Assembly (NCBI GenBank): GCA_965116495.1
Contig: OZ220696.1
Coordinates: forward strand, 2,464,001 to 2,528,000
DNA from: Gammaproteobacteria bacterium
Lineage (GTDB): Bacteria; Pseudomonadota; Gammaproteobacteria; Eutrophobiales; Eutrophobiaceae
Length of the DNA: 64,000 nucleotides
Direction: 5' to 3'
The notes under the pieces are model-generated. The model worked only from the letters and a program-made list of their open reading frames with translations, did not search any database and was not told the origin of the DNA. Within the stretch, counting starts at the first letter, position 1. Each line of letters begins with the position of its first letter. The position numbers and the translations under genes were made by a program. This document shows, one piece after another, positions 56,401-61,653 of the stretch.

Positions 56401-59400
56401 GCCAAGCACCATCAACGAGAGTGGCGGCACGAACTCGAGCACGGTGACGGCGACGCTGTCGGGCAAGTCCAACACGGCGGTGACCCTGACGGTGGCCGCG
56501 GCGGCGGGCGCCAACACCGCTGCGGGCGATTTCACGGTGAGCAACAACAAGACCCTGAAGATTGCGGCGGGTGCGACCACCAGCACCGGCGCGGTGAAGA
56601 TCACCGCGGTGAACAACAACGTGGATGCGCCGAACAAGAGTGTGACGGTCTCGGCCACTGCCAGCGGAGGCAGTGTGGCTAACCCGGACAACCAGACCCT
56701 GACGATCACCGACGATGACGCGGCACCCAGCGGCATCACGCTCTCGGTGTCGCCCGACACGCTGGGCGAGGGCGATGGATTGACCAGAATCACGGTGACC
56801 GCCACGGTGAACGGCAGCACGCGCTACGTGGACGCCAAAACGGTGACGGTCAGCGTCGGCAGCGGCACGGCGATAGCGGGCACGGACTTCGACGCCGTGT
56901 CGAACTTCGACATCACCATCGCCGCGGCCGGGGCCAGCCAGACCGGCACGTTCGACCTGACACCCACCGACGACGCCCTGCACGAGGAGGATGAGACGGT
57001 CGAAGTCACCGGAACCTCCGGCGCGCTGACCATTACCCCGGCCACGGTCACCATCACCGACAATGACGCCGCGGGGCCGGTGGGCACGGTCTCGCTCTCG
57101 GCAGAGCGCTACGAGGTGCTGGAGGGCGATTCGCTGTCGGTGACGGTCAACCTGTCCGAGTCGCCCGCCGCTGATACGGTGATTGAGTTGGAGGCGACCA
57201 GCCCGTCCGGCCACAGCGCGACACCCGGTACGGACTACGATGGCGCCGTGCAGACGGTCACGATCCGGGCGGGCGCAACCAGCGGGAAGGCGCGCATTGC
57301 GACCACACGCGACAACCGGAATGACCCCAACGAGACCTTCAAGCTGGCAATCCGGGCATCCGATCTGCCGGGCACCGTGACCCTCGGCTATCCTCACACG
57401 GCCGTCGTTACGATCCGCGAGCCTGTGAGTGGGATAACGCCCCCGGCAACGGCGACGGTGGTGTATGCCGGCAGAAACAGCCGGATCTCGATGCCCGTGC
57501 CGGCGGGTCTGAAAGGCCACGGAATCGATGTGGCCTTCTATTTCGATATAGGCCCCGGCACGGCCCGGGGCGGGGGCGATTGCAGGGAAGATGGAACGGA
57601 CCTGGTCGATTTTGGCCACTTTCCCTCCTTCCCTCCGGGGAACGTGAGAACCGGACCTGTGGTGCGCATCGTCGAGGACATCAATACCGACACGATCGAA
57701 TTGGAAGTCGAGTTGTGTAAGGGTTCCGTGGGCAAAACCTTCACTGCCACCTGGGACACCATCCAGTGGCTCGGCAACCCGGATCGCGGCTTCCCCGGCG
57801 TCAAGAGCAACCCATTCAACGCCGGCGCGGCCCATTGCACCTCGACCGCCCTGTGTTACACGAAGGTCACGATCGTGGATGACGCCCCCGACCCTGATCC
57901 CGAGGTCACGATTACGGGCGGCGACGATATCACCGAGGGCGGCGACGCCGTCTTCACCGTGCAGGCGACTCCGGCGCCGAAGTCGGACCTGGAGGTCACG
58001 CTGGCCATTGCCGACGACGCGGTGAGCGACTTTCTGGCGGATGGCGAGGAGGGATCGAAGACGGTCACCATCGCCGCGAGGAGCGACACGGCCACCTACA
58101 CGCTGGCGACAACGGATGACGGCCTTGAGGAGGCGGACGGCGGCGTGTCGGCCACGCTGGAGGCCGGAACCGGCTACGAGGTCGGCAGCCCGTCCACGGC
58201 GACCGTGGCGGTGGCCGACAACGACGATGAAGATGAAGATGACGCGCGGGCGACCGTCGTGCGCATCACCGCCGGCGCCGATATCACCGAAGGCGACGTC
58301 GCGCGCTTCACGCTGACAGGCGCCCCGGCGCCTGCGCAGGACATCACCGTCAACCTGCGCGTGACGCAAAGCGGCGCCTTCGCCGGTAACGGTGAACTTG
58401 GCGCACGCACCGTGACGCTCGGCGCGGACGCCACCGTCACCGTTGACATCCCGACCGTCGACGACTCGACGCTTGAAGACGACGGCAGCCTCACCATTAC
58501 CGTCGAACCGGGAACCGGCTACACCCTGCACGCAACAGACGCCAGCGCCAGCGTCGCGGTGGCCGACGACGAAGAGCCGTCCTTGCCGACGATCCATATT
58601 GACGATGTCGAGGCGCCGGAGGGCGAAGATCTGCATTTCACGTTCACGCTCTCCCATGCGGTGGATCACAGGGTGGATGTGTGGTGGGAGACCCGATTCG
58701 GGCCGAACCCCGACGACGACGAAAACGGCCACGGGCCGAGCTACGGGGAGGCGATCCCCCATGCGGACTTCGCCTACGCCGACAGCAAGGTGACCGTTTA
58801 CCCGGGGTCGACTTGGGGGGAATTCTGGGTTGAGACCTTCGATGACTCCCACGACGAGGGCCGGGAGCACTTCACCGTCGTGCTGACGGATGTAACGGGC
58901 GCCATCATCGCGGACGAACTGGCAGTCGGCACCATCGTCAATTCGGACCCGATGCCGGCGGCCTGGCTGGGCCGCTTCGGGCGCGCCGTGGCCGAGCAGG
59001 CGATCGAGGGCATCACCGAGCGCATTGAGGCCGCCGGCGCGCCCGGGCGCGCCACCGAGCTTGGCTTCCGCGGGACCATGGCGGGCAGCGCGTTCGGCAC
59101 TCAGCACGGCGGAAACGGCGACGCCGGCTCCGGGGCGGACGCTTGCCGCCGCGCCGAAACGCCGCAGACGCACCGCCCCCCCGACTGCGATACCAGCCGG
59201 CCGGTCGGCGACGCCGAGGCCAGGCGACAATTCGTGCGGATGCTGCTTGACAGCCGCTTCACCTATACCGGCGAAGCGGACGAGGCGGGCGGCGTGTTGG
59301 GCTATTGGGGCCGCGGCGCGCAAACCCGGTTCGACGGTGGCGACGGCAAATTGAACCTTGACGGCAAAGTTACCACAGCCATGCTCGGCGTGGACTACGC

Positions 59401-60487
59401 GAGAAATAACTGGCTGGTGGGCATGGCGCTCACGCAAAGCCTAAGCAGCGGCGGCTACCACCGTTCGGGCGCGGCCGGCCACCACCACCCGAGCGCGCCT
59501 GTCCAGGACGGCCCTGGAATGGATTCCGTAGCGGCTATCGTACCGGGCGCCGCGCTGATGGACGGCGCCATTGACACCACCCTCACGGCAGCGATCCCCT
59601 ACGCTTCCTGGCGTGTCTCCGAACGCCTGAGCCTTTGGGGCGCGGCGGGCTACGGCATGGGTGAGATGACGCTCGAACCAGGCGGTGGTGAGTCCCTGCG
59701 GGCCGGCATCGATTGGACGATGGCGGCAGCGGGACTGCGCGCCGACCTGTTCTCATCCGCCGGCGGTACGGAGCTCGCCCTGATCTCCGATGCGCTCCGG
59801 GCGGGTACCGGCTCCGACCGCATCGACGGCCTCGTGGCGACGCACTCCTCCGTAAGCCGCCTGCGCCTGGGCATTGAGGCCAGCCGGCTCTTCTCGCTAC
59901 CCGGCGGCGGCAGCTTCACGCCCAGCTTCGAGCTGGGCGCACGCCACGACGGCGGCAGCGCCGAGACCGGGTTCGGAGTGGAAGTAGGCGGCGGAATCGC
60001 CTGGACCGACCCCCGGTTTGGCCTCAAGCTCGACCTGCTGGGCCGCACGCTCATCTCCCATGAGGACGACGCCATAGGCGAGCGGGGCTTCTCGGCTTCC
60101 CTCGCCTTCGATCCGTGGCCGGACTCCGAGCAGGGTCTGGCGCTGACCTTGCGCCAGGACATCGGCGCCACCTCTAGCGGTGGACTGGAGGCACTGTTCA
60201 CCAACGATCCGCTCGCGCGGCGCACGTCGGGTTCCGACAGCAGCAGCCTGACCACCGAACTGGGCTACGGCACGCCGGTCCTGGGCGGGCGTTTCATCGG
60301 CGTTCCACACCTGGGCTACAGCTTGACCCGGAGTGGGAACGAGATCGGCCTCGGCTGGCGGCTGGCGCCCGCTAAGGAGGCCGGCGCCACCGACTTTACC
60401 GTGAAGGCGCTGGCCACCCGGGCCGAGAGCCTCCAGGGCGAGCCGGCGGAGCACCGCATCCGCATCGAAATCCAGGCGCGCTGGTAA
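35453..60487 (+). CDS. Giant Calx-beta/Ig-like repeat adhesin with a C-terminal autotransporter beta-barrel (~8,344 aa)
   Basis: Signal peptide ending AVA-Q; dozens of A-x-x-G-x-D-Y...D-D-x-x-x-E-x-x-E-T-F...G-T-I-x-D-D-D modules; C-terminal AWLGRFGR...GVDY...ELGARHDGG...IEIQARW barrel. Start reassigned to ATG 35453. Confidence 0.92.
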   Translation: MTARIMGVGFLKTFCALVRAFTGRSGGLLLAVLLAVLLAALPLQAVAQTQGVSISANPSTFGQVSITEGEDVTFTVSRTGDNSDALTVNYQITGGGGPANLQPERAGEGDYTSIPTSYEFLAGSSASHEFTVTAVNDEVYEPRQYFTLTASGSYRDGTDAVSFSEEVVVRITENDERYLTLSPVSDSAVGMKNPEFMAKEGGITNGKNELTISLNEPLPYDLNIAYTVGDDPHTTASVKDFTMADGTATIPNGDTSVTIDIGIGDDDLVEPTEYFTLGFRTPGYNDPGNALGTFNPVNFQDSKLTSQPLSVSIMDNDTKDMGGVVYLRGEGGGGITGFPSTRKTLTEGQSTTITAEIAGAAPTSDIQIPLKVTEFPSDEVTSSDYSIPGSITIKMGDKTGAVTLKTVDDMEDERYRELLVVEINEMGTNLPTGYEKGDRSKYEVIILDNDETPVSLQSLSRTALTEARGSGTHTATFQLRIDRRPKADPMATPLFTGAATDEGDAKLVLGYTGKATRGSTADYTSTADTFVIHKSPAALPTNCMPDGEAVKCTVTLNVRDDNLYEGGVGTTEDVKINLDTGNSSFNDGLKKPTRLSLTIEDNDEQPMLSVGDLSAVEGGKLAFKVKRTGAMENRLSVRAATANDGTDGANRAVANSDYRTRSETLKFAKDDREQTFEVTTTQDVIDEMDETFLVKLSDAKDTGGEPKPGIEDDTAVGTITDNDDAPTALTISVDTDTSTDGGQDTIAEAADKTTVSVTATITSDTRFADARTVTVTVGKDGDGAVEGTDYNEVAGTIQITIPATQKSGTGMFDLMPVNDKIDDDDEKISVEGELGTMTVTHAAITITDDDARGITVSEETLTIHEADDTNTEDKEHEGTYNVALTSQPEGGAVTVNIKSEGPKVATVDPPSLMFTTANWETAQTVTVTAENDTIDDTGDQKTTTITHTVSAADTDYKDETVDDVAVTVTDDDEAPMALTLTVDTDTSTGGDQNTIGEGDDAPTVRITATLDGDTQFATAKTITITVGDSGKDTATEGTGGDYNTVAEFDITLPAGAESVYHDLELTLNDDSVDEANEETVTVTGALTGATVKGTTFTIEDNDATPTVTLVLTPASINESGATNASTVTATMDGTSSEAVTLTVSATPVSPAATGDLTLSDNKTLTIPANTQASTGVVTIAAVDNDVDAANKTVTVAATATGGNALVQAPGSQTLTITDDDTRGITVSKATLTLDEEDNAATMETDEHQDTYTVVLDSEPSGGTVTIGVASGDTTIAGVAPATLEFTASTWDNPQTVTVTAVPDGIDNPNDRRTAAITHTVTATGTDYDGATASGVMVTVNDDDGAPTLSINSPSVTEVDSDATATLTFTVRLTPASGNTVTVDYADAGTGTATSGRTDYATLAGGTLTFSAGDTSETVEVTVSGDDIDEPDETVVVRLSSPSNATLTDGATTLDGTGTINDNDPTPTVSVADAAAVSEGDVAAPNPANNMTFTVTLSAVSGLDVTVPYTLSGTATAGTDYTEPDPRSVTIAAGTTRADIAIPVAGDEVDEENETITVTLGAPTNATVSTAEGAGAASGTITDDDTRGVSVTPTTLTVAEADNAGTEATREDQEAYKVVLTSQPTGAVTVNLKSGDESVARINTASLVFGAGNWNTERTVTVTGQADVIDNTGDERATTIAHTVSAAGTDYADETAEGVAVTVTDDDAAPSGITLTANPDSVTENGGAKTITVTAAVNGMTRYAQARTVSVSVGGGTAISGTDYTAVESFDITIGAGEDDASNTFTLTPDNDVLAEGNETINVTGTLSGITIRPDEIILTDNDAAPSGITLSVDTNGAEDGTPSTVGEDAGGTVVTVTATVNGTTRYVDAKTVAVSVADGTAESPADYAAVSGFNITIAAGAASHTGSFTVTPVDDDLDEANETINVTGTLSSVTITGATVTFTDNDDPVSFSIADAEATEGGKVEFTVSRAGAGDNIAEVKVTTATDSGDGVNAADADDYTAIATAQTVNFAKGVASQTVEVQTTQDDLFETDETFKAVLSAPALGENDPGTGVSIETGKGTATGTIKNDDTQPSFAVADASAAEGNGITFTVTRSGAMDNAVSVKWNTKPDTGAGAAAATDYTPVTTPTTLNFARGASSRTFTVATTEDVLAEGNETFLVELTGAVGGTITTAEATGTINDDDAAPTGITLSVDADTGTMGTQTSLAEEGGVKTVRVTATINGATRFATAQTVTVTVGKNGDSATEGTDYSNVAAQSIEIPIGAASAYVEFPLTPTTDVLSEGSETISVDGTLTGVTFTNSAITITDDDDAPSAITLSVDADTATMGTQTSLAEEGGVKTVRVTATIDGATRFATAQTVTVTVGKDGDSATAGTDYATVDEQSIEIPIGDASASVEFMLTPTTDVLFEGSETISLDGTLTGVAFTNTAITITDDDAAPSAITLSVDTNAGGDGTPTTLAEGATATTVRVTATITSATRFATEQTVKVKVGKDGDSATEGTDYALVADQNIKIPAGAASAYVDFPLTPTHDILDEPDETISVDGELTGVTFTAATITINDDDDAPEFITLAVDTNAGGNGTPTSVGEEAGATTVRVTATITSATRFSANQPVTFEVGKSADSATEDTDYTEVGTLTITIDGGDASGYVDFTLTPTSDVLDEPNETISVHGTQADITFTDATITITDDDAAPSGITLSVDTNGSTAGTPSTVAEDAGATVVTVTATVNGTTRYVDAKTVVVSVADDTAASPADYAAVTDFNITIAAGAASHTGSFTVTPVDDDLDESDEMIDVTGTLTGITITPATVTLTDTDAPVSFSIADAEATEGGKVTFTVSRKGAEDNVAEVKVATAADSGEDVNAADADDYTAITTAQTLNFAKDVTSQTVEVQTTQDDLFEPDETFRAVLSAPALGEDDPGTGVSIETGKGTATGTIKNDDTEPSFAVADASASEGDAITFTVTRSGAMDNAVSVKWNTKADSSADANAAFASDYTPVTTAQTLTFAKGVGRQTFAVATTEDTLHEGAETFLVELTGAVGGTIATAEATGTITDDDAAPSGITLTVAPATVGEEDGKTKITVTATVNGTTRYVDAKTVTVSVGGGTTISGTDYGAVENFDIAIAAGDTSKAGTFDLTPTDDDLHEGNETIDVTGTSGALTITKASITLEDDDVQPSFAVADASAAEGDAITFTVTRSGAMDNAVSVKWNTKADSSDGANAASATDYTEMTTATKLDFAKGVSSQSFTVATTEDTLNEADETFLIELTEPVGATITDAEATGTITNDDAAPTTLTLAVDADNDTENVQSSLAENGGAKTVKVTATLGGSTQFDVDKTLTLIVGDDDDSATEGTDYTNVADVTLTIPAGDQDVEHTFTLTPTDDAFNEASETISFDATLASVMVTGASITLTSDDAAPAITLTVDADKDTDNVQTSLAEDGGMKTVRVTAALDGTTRLEAAADLTLAVGKSSDSAVEGTDYTTVADRTITIGAGVASVTDDFTLTPTDDDLYEGSETISLDGTLTGVAVTDTSITLTDDDTQPSFAVADASAAEGDAITFTVTRSGAMDNVVSVKWNTKAATGAGAAATTDYTAMTAATKLDFAKGVGTQTFAVATTEDVLDEGNETFLVELTEPVGAIISDAEATGTINDDDAAPSGITLSVDTNGAEDGTPSTVAEDAGATVVTVTATVNGTTRYVDAKTVAVSVDDGTAASPADYAEVSGFNITIAAGAASHTGSFTVTPVDDDLDEPNETIGVTGTLTDVTITGATVTLTDTDAPVSFSIADAEATEGGKVTFTVSRKGAGDNVASVKVATAADSGDGVKAADADDYTAITTAQTLNFAAGTTSQTVEVQTTQDDLFETDETFRAVLSAPALADGDPGTGVTIETGKGTATGTIKNDDTEPSFAVADASASEGDAITFTVTRSGAMDNAVSVKWNTKADSSEGANAASASDYTAVTMATTLTFAKGVGRQTFAVATTEDVLDEGAETFLVELTGAVGATIATAEATGTITDDDAAPSGITLSVDTNGAEDGTPSTVAEDAGATVVTVTATVNGTTRYVDAKTVVVSVDDDTAAAPADYAAVTDFNITIAAGAASQTGSFTVTPVDDDLDESDEMIDVTGTLTDVTITGATVTLTDTDAPVSFSIADAEATEGGKVTFTVSRGGAEDNVASVKVATAADSGDGVKAAGTDDYTAISPAQTLNFAKGVTSQTVEVQTTQDDLFEPDETFRAVLSAPALAENDPGTGVTIETGKGTAVGTIKNDDTEPSFAVADASASEGDAITFTVTRSGAMDNAVSVKWNTKADSSADANAAFASDYTPVTTAQTLTFAKGVGRQTFAVATTEDTLHEGNETFLVELTGAVGATIATAQATGTINDDDAAPTGITLTVSPTTVGEEDGETEITVTATVNGTTRYVDAKTVTVSVGGGTATSDTDYDAVANFDIVIAAGDASKAGTFDLTPTQDDLHEGSETINLDGTVTGVTVTDVSLTLTDDDGQPSFAVADASASEGDVITFTVTRSGAMDNAVSVKWNTKADSSDGANAASATDYTEMTTATKLDFASGASSQTFTVATTEDTLNEADETFLIELTEPVGATITDAEATGTITNDDAAPTTLTLAVDADNDTENVQSSLAENGGAKTVKVTATLGGSTQFDVDKTLTLIVGDDDDSATEGTDYTNVADVTLTIPAGDQDVEHTFTLTPTDDAFNEASETISFDATLASVMVTGASITLTSDDAAPAITLTVDADKDTDNVQTSLAEDGGMKTVRVTAALDGTTRLEAAADLTLAVGKSSDSAVEGTDYTTVADRTITIGAGVASVIHDFTLTPTNDDIDEPNEGISIEGTLTGVTVTGTAITLTDDEVTPTVTLALTPTAIDESGDDNATTVTATLSGASSQAVTLTVAATAVSPAAAGDFTLSGTTLTIAAGVTTSTGTVTITAVDNDVDAANKTVTVSATATGGNGIASPGNATLTITDDDERGVTVAGDPLSMDEADNAGTAGTREDQDSYTVVLDSEPTDDVRIDLTAPAMVTLSATSLTFTPSNWDQAQTVTATAVDDAIDNAGDARAGNIEHAVVAGSSDYTGVAAADVAVTVNDNDGTPTVTLALTPTAIDESGDDNATTVTATLSGASSQAVTLTVAATAVSPAAAGDFTLSGTTLTIAAGVTTSTGTVTITAVDNDVDAANKTVTVSATATGGNGIASPGNATLTITDDDERGVTVAGDPLSMDEADNAGTAGTREDQDSYTVVLDSEPTDDVRIDLTAPAMVTLSATSLTFTPSNWDQAQTVTATAVDDAIDNAGDARAGNIEHAVVAGSSDYTGVAAADVAVTVNDNDGTPTVRLALTPTAIDESGDDNATTVTATLSGASSQAVTLTVAATAVSPAAAGDFTLSGTTLTIAAGVTTSTGTVTITAVDNDVDAANKTVTVSATATGGNGIASPGNATLTITDDDERGVTVAGDPLSMDEADNAGTAGTREDQDSYTVVLDSEPTDDVRIDLTAPAMVTLSATSLTFTPSNWDQAQTVTATAVDDAIDNAGDARAGNIEHAVVAGSSDYTGVAAADVAVTVNDNDGTPTVRLALTPTAIDESGDDNATTVTATLSGASSQAVTLTVAATAVSPAAAGDFTLSGTTLTIAAGVTTSTGTVTITAVDNDVDAANKTVTVSATATGGNGIASPGNATLTITDDDERGVTVAGDPLSMDEADNAGTAGTREDQDSYTVVLDSEPTDDVRIDLTAPAMVTLSATSLTFTPSNWDQAQTVTATAVDDAIDNAGDARAGNIEHAVVAGSSDYTGVAAADVAVTVNDNDGTPTVTLALTPTAIDESGDDNATTVTATLSGASSQAVTLTVAATAVSPAAAGDFTLSGTTLTIAAGVTTSTGTVTITAVDNDVDAANKTVTVSATATGGNGIASPGNATLTITDDDERGVTVAGDPLSMDEADNAGTAGTREDQDSYTVVLDSEPTDDVRIDLTAPAMVTLSATSLTFTPSNWDQAQTVTATAVDDAIDNAGDARAGNIEHAVVAGSSDYTGVAAADVAVTVNDNDGTPTVTLALTPTAIDESGDDNATTVTATLSGASSQAVTLTVAATAVSPAAAGDFTLSGTTLTIAAGVTTSTGTVTITAVDNDVDAANKTVTVSATASGGGVANPDNQTLTINDDEGTPTVTLVLTPTTIDESGDDNASTVTAMLSGKSSAAVTVTVSVPNDAPVTLSNNAALSIAAGATTSTGAVTITAVDNDVDAPNKTVTVSATASGRDVANPASQTLTITDDDAAPGGITLSVSPTAVGEEDGETEITVTATVNGTTRYADAKTVTVSVGGGTAISGTDYDAVANFDITIAAGDASKTGTFDLTPINDVLDEANETINVTGTSGSLTITSTTVTINDDDDAPGAITISVDADTGTDGTQTTIAENGGGKTVRVTATITGETRFVEAKTVTVEVGADADSATEGADYTTVARRSITIDAGAASGYVEFTLTPTQDVLHEGNETISLDGTLTGVTVTDATITLTDDDAAPSGITLMVSPTTVGEGAGETEITVTATVNGTTRYVDAKTVTVSVGGGTATSDTDYDAVANFDIVIAAGDASKAGAFDLTPTQDDLHEGSETINLDGTVTGVTVTDTSLTLTDDDGQPSFAVADASASEGDVITFTVTRSGAMDNAVSVKWNTKADTGAGAAATTDYSAMTTATKLDFASGASSQTFTVATTEDTLHEGNETFLVELTEPVGGIISDAEATGTITDDDAAPTALTLSVDADTGTMGTQTSLAEDGGAKTVRVTATLGGSSTFAEAKTVTVEVGPDADGATEGTDYTEVTSKSITINAGSLSGYVDFTLTPTDDDIDEPNEGISIEGTLTGITVAGTSITLTDDEGTPTVTLVLTPSTINESGDDNASTVTATLSGESSAAVTVEVSVPNTAPVTLSNNTTLTIAAGSKASTGAVTITAVDNDVDAPNASVVVSGAASGGGVAVANPENQTLTITDDEGTPTVTLVLTPSTINESGGTNSSTVTATLSGKSNTAVTLTVAAAAGANTAAGDFTVSNNKTLKIAAGATTSTGAVKITAVNNNVDAPNKSVTVSATASGGSVANPDNQTLTITDDDAAPSGITLSVSPDTLGEGDGLTRITVTATVNGSTRYVDAKTVTVSVGSGTAIAGTDFDAVSNFDITIAAAGASQTGTFDLTPTDDALHEEDETVEVTGTSGALTITPATVTITDNDAAGPVGTVSLSAERYEVLEGDSLSVTVNLSESPAADTVIELEATSPSGHSATPGTDYDGAVQTVTIRAGATSGKARIATTRDNRNDPNETFKLAIRASDLPGTVTLGYPHTAVVTIREPVSGITPPATATVVYAGRNSRISMPVPAGLKGHGIDVAFYFDIGPGTARGGGDCREDGTDLVDFGHFPSFPPGNVRTGPVVRIVEDINTDTIELEVELCKGSVGKTFTATWDTIQWLGNPDRGFPGVKSNPFNAGAAHCTSTALCYTKVTIVDDAPDPDPEVTITGGDDITEGGDAVFTVQATPAPKSDLEVTLAIADDAVSDFLADGEEGSKTVTIAARSDTATYTLATTDDGLEEADGGVSATLEAGTGYEVGSPSTATVAVADNDDEDEDDARATVVRITAGADITEGDVARFTLTGAPAPAQDITVNLRVTQSGAFAGNGELGARTVTLGADATVTVDIPTVDDSTLEDDGSLTITVEPGTGYTLHATDASASVAVADDEEPSLPTIHIDDVEAPEGEDLHFTFTLSHAVDHRVDVWWETRFGPNPDDDENGHGPSYGEAIPHADFAYADSKVTVYPGSTWGEFWVETFDDSHDEGREHFTVVLTDVTGAIIADELAVGTIVNSDPMPAAWLGRFGRAVAEQAIEGITERIEAAGAPGRATELGFRGTMAGSAFGTQHGGNGDAGSGADACRRAETPQTHRPPDCDTSRPVGDAEARRQFVRMLLDSRFTYTGEADEAGGVLGYWGRGAQTRFDGGDGKLNLDGKVTTAMLGVDYARNNWLVGMALTQSLSSGGYHRSGAAGHHHPSAPVQDGPGMDSVAAIVPGAALMDGAIDTTLTAAIPYASWRVSERLSLWGAAGYGMGEMTLEPGGGESLRAGIDWTMAAAGLRADLFSSAGGTELALISDALRAGTGSDRIDGLVATHSSVSRLRLGIEASRLFSLPGGGSFTPSFELGARHDGGSAETGFGVEVGGGIAWTDPRFGLKLDLLGRTLISHEDDAIGERGFSASLAFDPWPDSEQGLALTLRQDIGATSSGGLEALFTNDPLARRTSGSDSSSLTTELGYGTPVLGGRFIGVPHLGYSLTRSGNEIGLGWRLAPAKEAGATDFTVKALATRAESLQGEPAEHRIRIEIQARW
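50033..53829 (+). repeat. 708-bp (236-aa) near-perfect intragenic tandem repeat, about 5.4 copies
   Basis: Identical shadow ORFs begin at 50461, 51169, 51877, 52585 and 53293. Units appear to differ only at GTCACC versus GTGAGG. Confidence 0.97.
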
Positions 60488-60705
60488 GTTTCCGCCCGGA
60501 CGTTTCCCGACCTGCGGTGGATGAATACCTGCACCGGGCCATCCATAAGCTACTGGAAAAGTCCAAGCTTGAAGACGATGCTAAAAAAGCGACAAGCCAA
60601 CTGAAGGGCTATACTGCTGGCGGTCGGTAACCTGAAACGGGGTTTTCAGGGTCGACTGTGCTATAGTTTTCATTCTGAATATACAGTCAATTATAGGGGA
60701 CAACT

Positions 60706-60909
60706 ATGCAATCACAACAGATTGAGCATGTGTTTCAAAAACTCCAAGCCCTTGCGCCGAACCGCATTGATGAAGTAGAGGACTTCATCGATTTTCTGAG
60801 TCAACGGGATATAGATAGACATTTGACCAAAGCCGCCGCCACCGTGTCTGAATCACAATTGAATACACTATGGGACAATCCATACGATGCCGAGTACTGC
60901 AAATTGTAA
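60706..60909 (+). CDS. DUF2281-like antitoxin (orphan)
   Basis: LAPNRIDEVEDFIDFL...LWDNPYDAEY; AGGGG RBS. Confidence 0.7.
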   Translation: MQSQQIEHVFQKLQALAPNRIDEVEDFIDFLSQRDIDRHLTKAAATVSESQLNTLWDNPYDAEYCKL

Positions 60910-60985
60910 GTTTTTCTCACAACCGAGGTATCAAGTGAGAAATTCAGACTGTTATTTAGAGTATGAAGATTACAGAGATATTGCT

Positions 60986-61261
60986 ATGAAAACGCTCCCT
61001 GCAGAGGTGTCAAAGTACGCCACGACCCCTGAATTCACGGAAGAAACCATCCCTGGGAAACTGAAGAAATCCCACCGGACCAAGCATGAGACATGGGCAA
61101 AAATTGTGATTCTGGAAGGAACTTTACGATACCGCATTCTTGAGCCGGTGCTGGAAGAGGTCAATCTTTCTCGCAGCAACTATGGGGTCGTAGAGCCGGA
61201 GGTCCCGCATGAGGTCGAAACGATAGGGAAGGTGCGTTTTTATTTGGAATTTTATCGCTAG
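60986..61261 (+). CDS. DUF1971 (YeaR/TehB N-terminal-like) protein
   Basis: YATTPEFTEETIP...HRTK..TWAKIVILEG.L.Y...VEPEVPHEV...FYLEFY; start reassigned to ATG 60986. Confidence 0.85.
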   Translation: MKTLPAEVSKYATTPEFTEETIPGKLKKSHRTKHETWAKIVILEGTLRYRILEPVLEEVNLSRSNYGVVEPEVPHEVETIGKVRFYLEFYR

Positions 61262-61370
61262 TGTTTGACGACGATTAACTTGGCCGGTTCTTTCCTGGCG
61301 CTTATAATGTTCCCATAAAGAATGATCTATCAATCAGGCAGGGCTATCTCAAAGTCGGGATACGCCCCGC

Positions 61371-61553
61371 TGTCATTCCGGGCTTGATCCGGAATCCAAT
61401 GAAAACGTAATTTTTCATGAACAATGAATGATTGTTTGACTGGATTCCTGCCCCTGCTCAACGCCATACAGGGACAGGCTTGCGCAGGAATGACGGGTGG
61501 GAGATTTGAAAGCGGGTAATGACTTTGTGCAGGAATGACGGGTGGGAGATTTG
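61371..61553. repeat. Family C element, copy 2, with a duplicated right end
   Basis: GTCATTCCGGGCTTGATCCGGAATCCA...TGGATTCCTG...; GCAGGAATGACGGGTGGGAGATTTG occurs at 61484-61508 and 61529-61553. Confidence 0.8.
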
Positions 61554-61562
61554 GAATTATAC

Positions 61563-61632
61563 GGGACGGAATTCAATTCCGTCCCCTGTGAATATTCTCT
61601 TTACGTGTGCAATGTGCGACCTGACCCCATTA
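61563..61632. repeat. Family D hairpin plus family A arm
   Basis: GGGACGGAATTCAATTCCGTCCC followed by TGTGCAATGTGCGACCTGACCCCATT. Confidence 0.85.
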
Positions 61633-61653
61633 ACGCATTAAGCACGGAGAAGC

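Noticed and set aside
37436-59437. Long minus-strand ORFs (656, 789, 1471 and 1625 aa, among others) inside the giant gene
   Set aside because: Antisense shadows of a GC-rich, codon-biased, repetitive gene; R/G/V/H-rich with no recognisable motifs.
60540-60630. Short frame LLEKSKLEDDAKKATSQLKGY, possibly a nuclease-domain remnant
   Set aside because: Too short to assign without a search.
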